This document shows, one piece after another, positions 63,391-64,000 of a stretch of 64,000 bases of DNA; within the stretch, counting starts at the first letter, position 1, and each line of letters begins with the position of its first letter. The position numbers and the translations under genes were made by a program. The stretch lies in contig JARKOU010000037.1 in assembly GCA_029975645.1 (NCBI GenBank), positions 7,397-71,396 of the forward strand, in the 5' to 3' direction. The stretch is from Actinomycetales bacterium (GTDB lineage Bacteria > Actinomycetota > Actinomycetes > Actinomycetales > JAHECE01). The notes below the pieces were generated by a model. It saw only the letters and a list, made by a program, of their open reading frames with translations. It had not been told where the DNA came from and made no database searches.

Positions 63391-64000
63391 ATGGCCGAAG
63401 CACCGCCCCCGGTCTGGGACATTGCCACGGGTCGTTCCGGCGAGCGGTACCTCCTCCGGTTCGACCAGGCCGCGGAGGCGTGGCGAACCGTGACGACCCA
63501 CGCCCGGCTGACGGTCGAGACCAACCCGATCACCAAGGAGCGTGCGCCCGCGCCCATCGGGACGGTGCAGGTCAGGCCGCTCGACCCAGGCGCCGGCCTC
63601 CGCGTGGTGAGCACCACCGTCGCGCCCGATCGGATGTCCGTGGAGGTGGTCGTCGGCGCCGCGCCCGCCACCGACCCCGCGCCAGGCCCCCACGGCTTCC
63701 TGATCCGGCTCTGGCCCACCACCTCCCCGTTCGACTCCGGCGCGGCCGCGGCGGCCGCCGCCGGCGGTCTGGGCGGTGCCCTCGGCGCCGCGGTGACGAG
63801 CGGGACACGCGTTCCCTCCTCCGAAGTCCGGTTCGACGTGACGGTCGAGGAGCCGGCGCGATTCGTCGTCGTCCCCGACGGCGACGTCCTCCTGGCCTCC
63901 GACACGCACGAGCCCGTCCAGTTCTCCGCCAAGGTGGAGGTCCGCAGCAAGGGCGGCTGGGCGCCGCGGCTGGACCACAACATCAACGCCGCGCCGTGGC
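63391..64000 (+). CDS. Hypothetical protein (5' part; runs off the right edge) with beta-rich modules and an Ala/Gly hydrophobic tract
   Basis: Absent from the ORF track (no stop in window). ATG at 63391 with SD GAGGAG 9 nt upstream. Own translation: MAEAPPPVWDIATGRSGERYLLRFDQAAEAWRTV..DSGAAAAAAAGGLGGALGAAV..RFDVTVEEPARFVVVPDG.. It is open to 64000 with GC3-rich codons. Confidence 0.55.
   Translation, partial: MAEAPPPVWDIATGRSGERYLLRFDQAAEAWRTVTTHARLTVETNPITKERAPAPIGTVQVRPLDPGAGLRVVSTTVAPDRMSVEVVVGAAPATDPAPGPHGFLIRLWPTTSPFDSGAAAAAAAGGLGGALGAAVTSGTRVPSSEVRFDVTVEEPARFVVVPDGDVLLASDTHEPVQFSAKVEVRSKGGWAPRLDHNINAAPW

Overview
This is a very GC-rich chromosomal segment (by eye over 70% G+C, with strong GC3 bias), typical of a high-GC Actinomycetota genome with Micrococcales-like gene content.

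**Overall content.** I call about 49 densely packed protein-coding genes, many joined by 4-nt start/stop overlaps (ATGA/GTGA). I saw no rRNA, tRNA, CRISPR array, transposase or integrase.

**Genes, left to right:**
- a GT2-GtrA + GT39 envelope glycosylation pair and a mini K+ channel
- two MFS exporters and a MacB-type ABC pair
- an ArsR-SRPBCC pair with a perfect 12-2-12 operator
- a coupled patatin / P-type ATPase / PPK2 run
- GH3, HEAT-GT4, TetR and an MgtA-type ATPase
- a Ser/Thr kinase divergent from a beta-lactamase-fold lipoprotein
- LacI + GT1, and a GHL10 enzyme with three SLH repeats
- glutamate decarboxylase
- a sulfatase module: DUF1269-arylsulfatase fusion, radical-SAM maturase with a SEC-C tail, and SulP
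- DUF389/DUF2254 membrane proteins, hydantoinase A/B, GDPD and acyltransferase-3
- two unknown Ala-tract proteins at the right edge

**Most unusual structure (non-coding).** A family of ~60-bp palindromic REP/MITE-like elements has 7 copies between 24.2 and 41.2 kb.
- Two copies bracket a DUF559 endonuclease-fold gene.
- One copy appears to have replaced the 5' end of the GT1 gene.
- Two copies lie in a ~195-bp tandem duplication that forms the leader of the mgtA-like gene. That leader carries an upstream ORF with a PPPP motif, ending in a GTGA overlap with the ATPase start.
- Separately, a 22-bp tandem array sits in the TetR/epimerase divergent promoter.

**Limits.** I did not find one clear, self-contained novel multi-gene system; the findings are ranked candidates. 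Most long ORFs in the supplied track are antisense or out-of-frame shadows of real genes. All family assignments come from motif recognition by eye, not from database searches.
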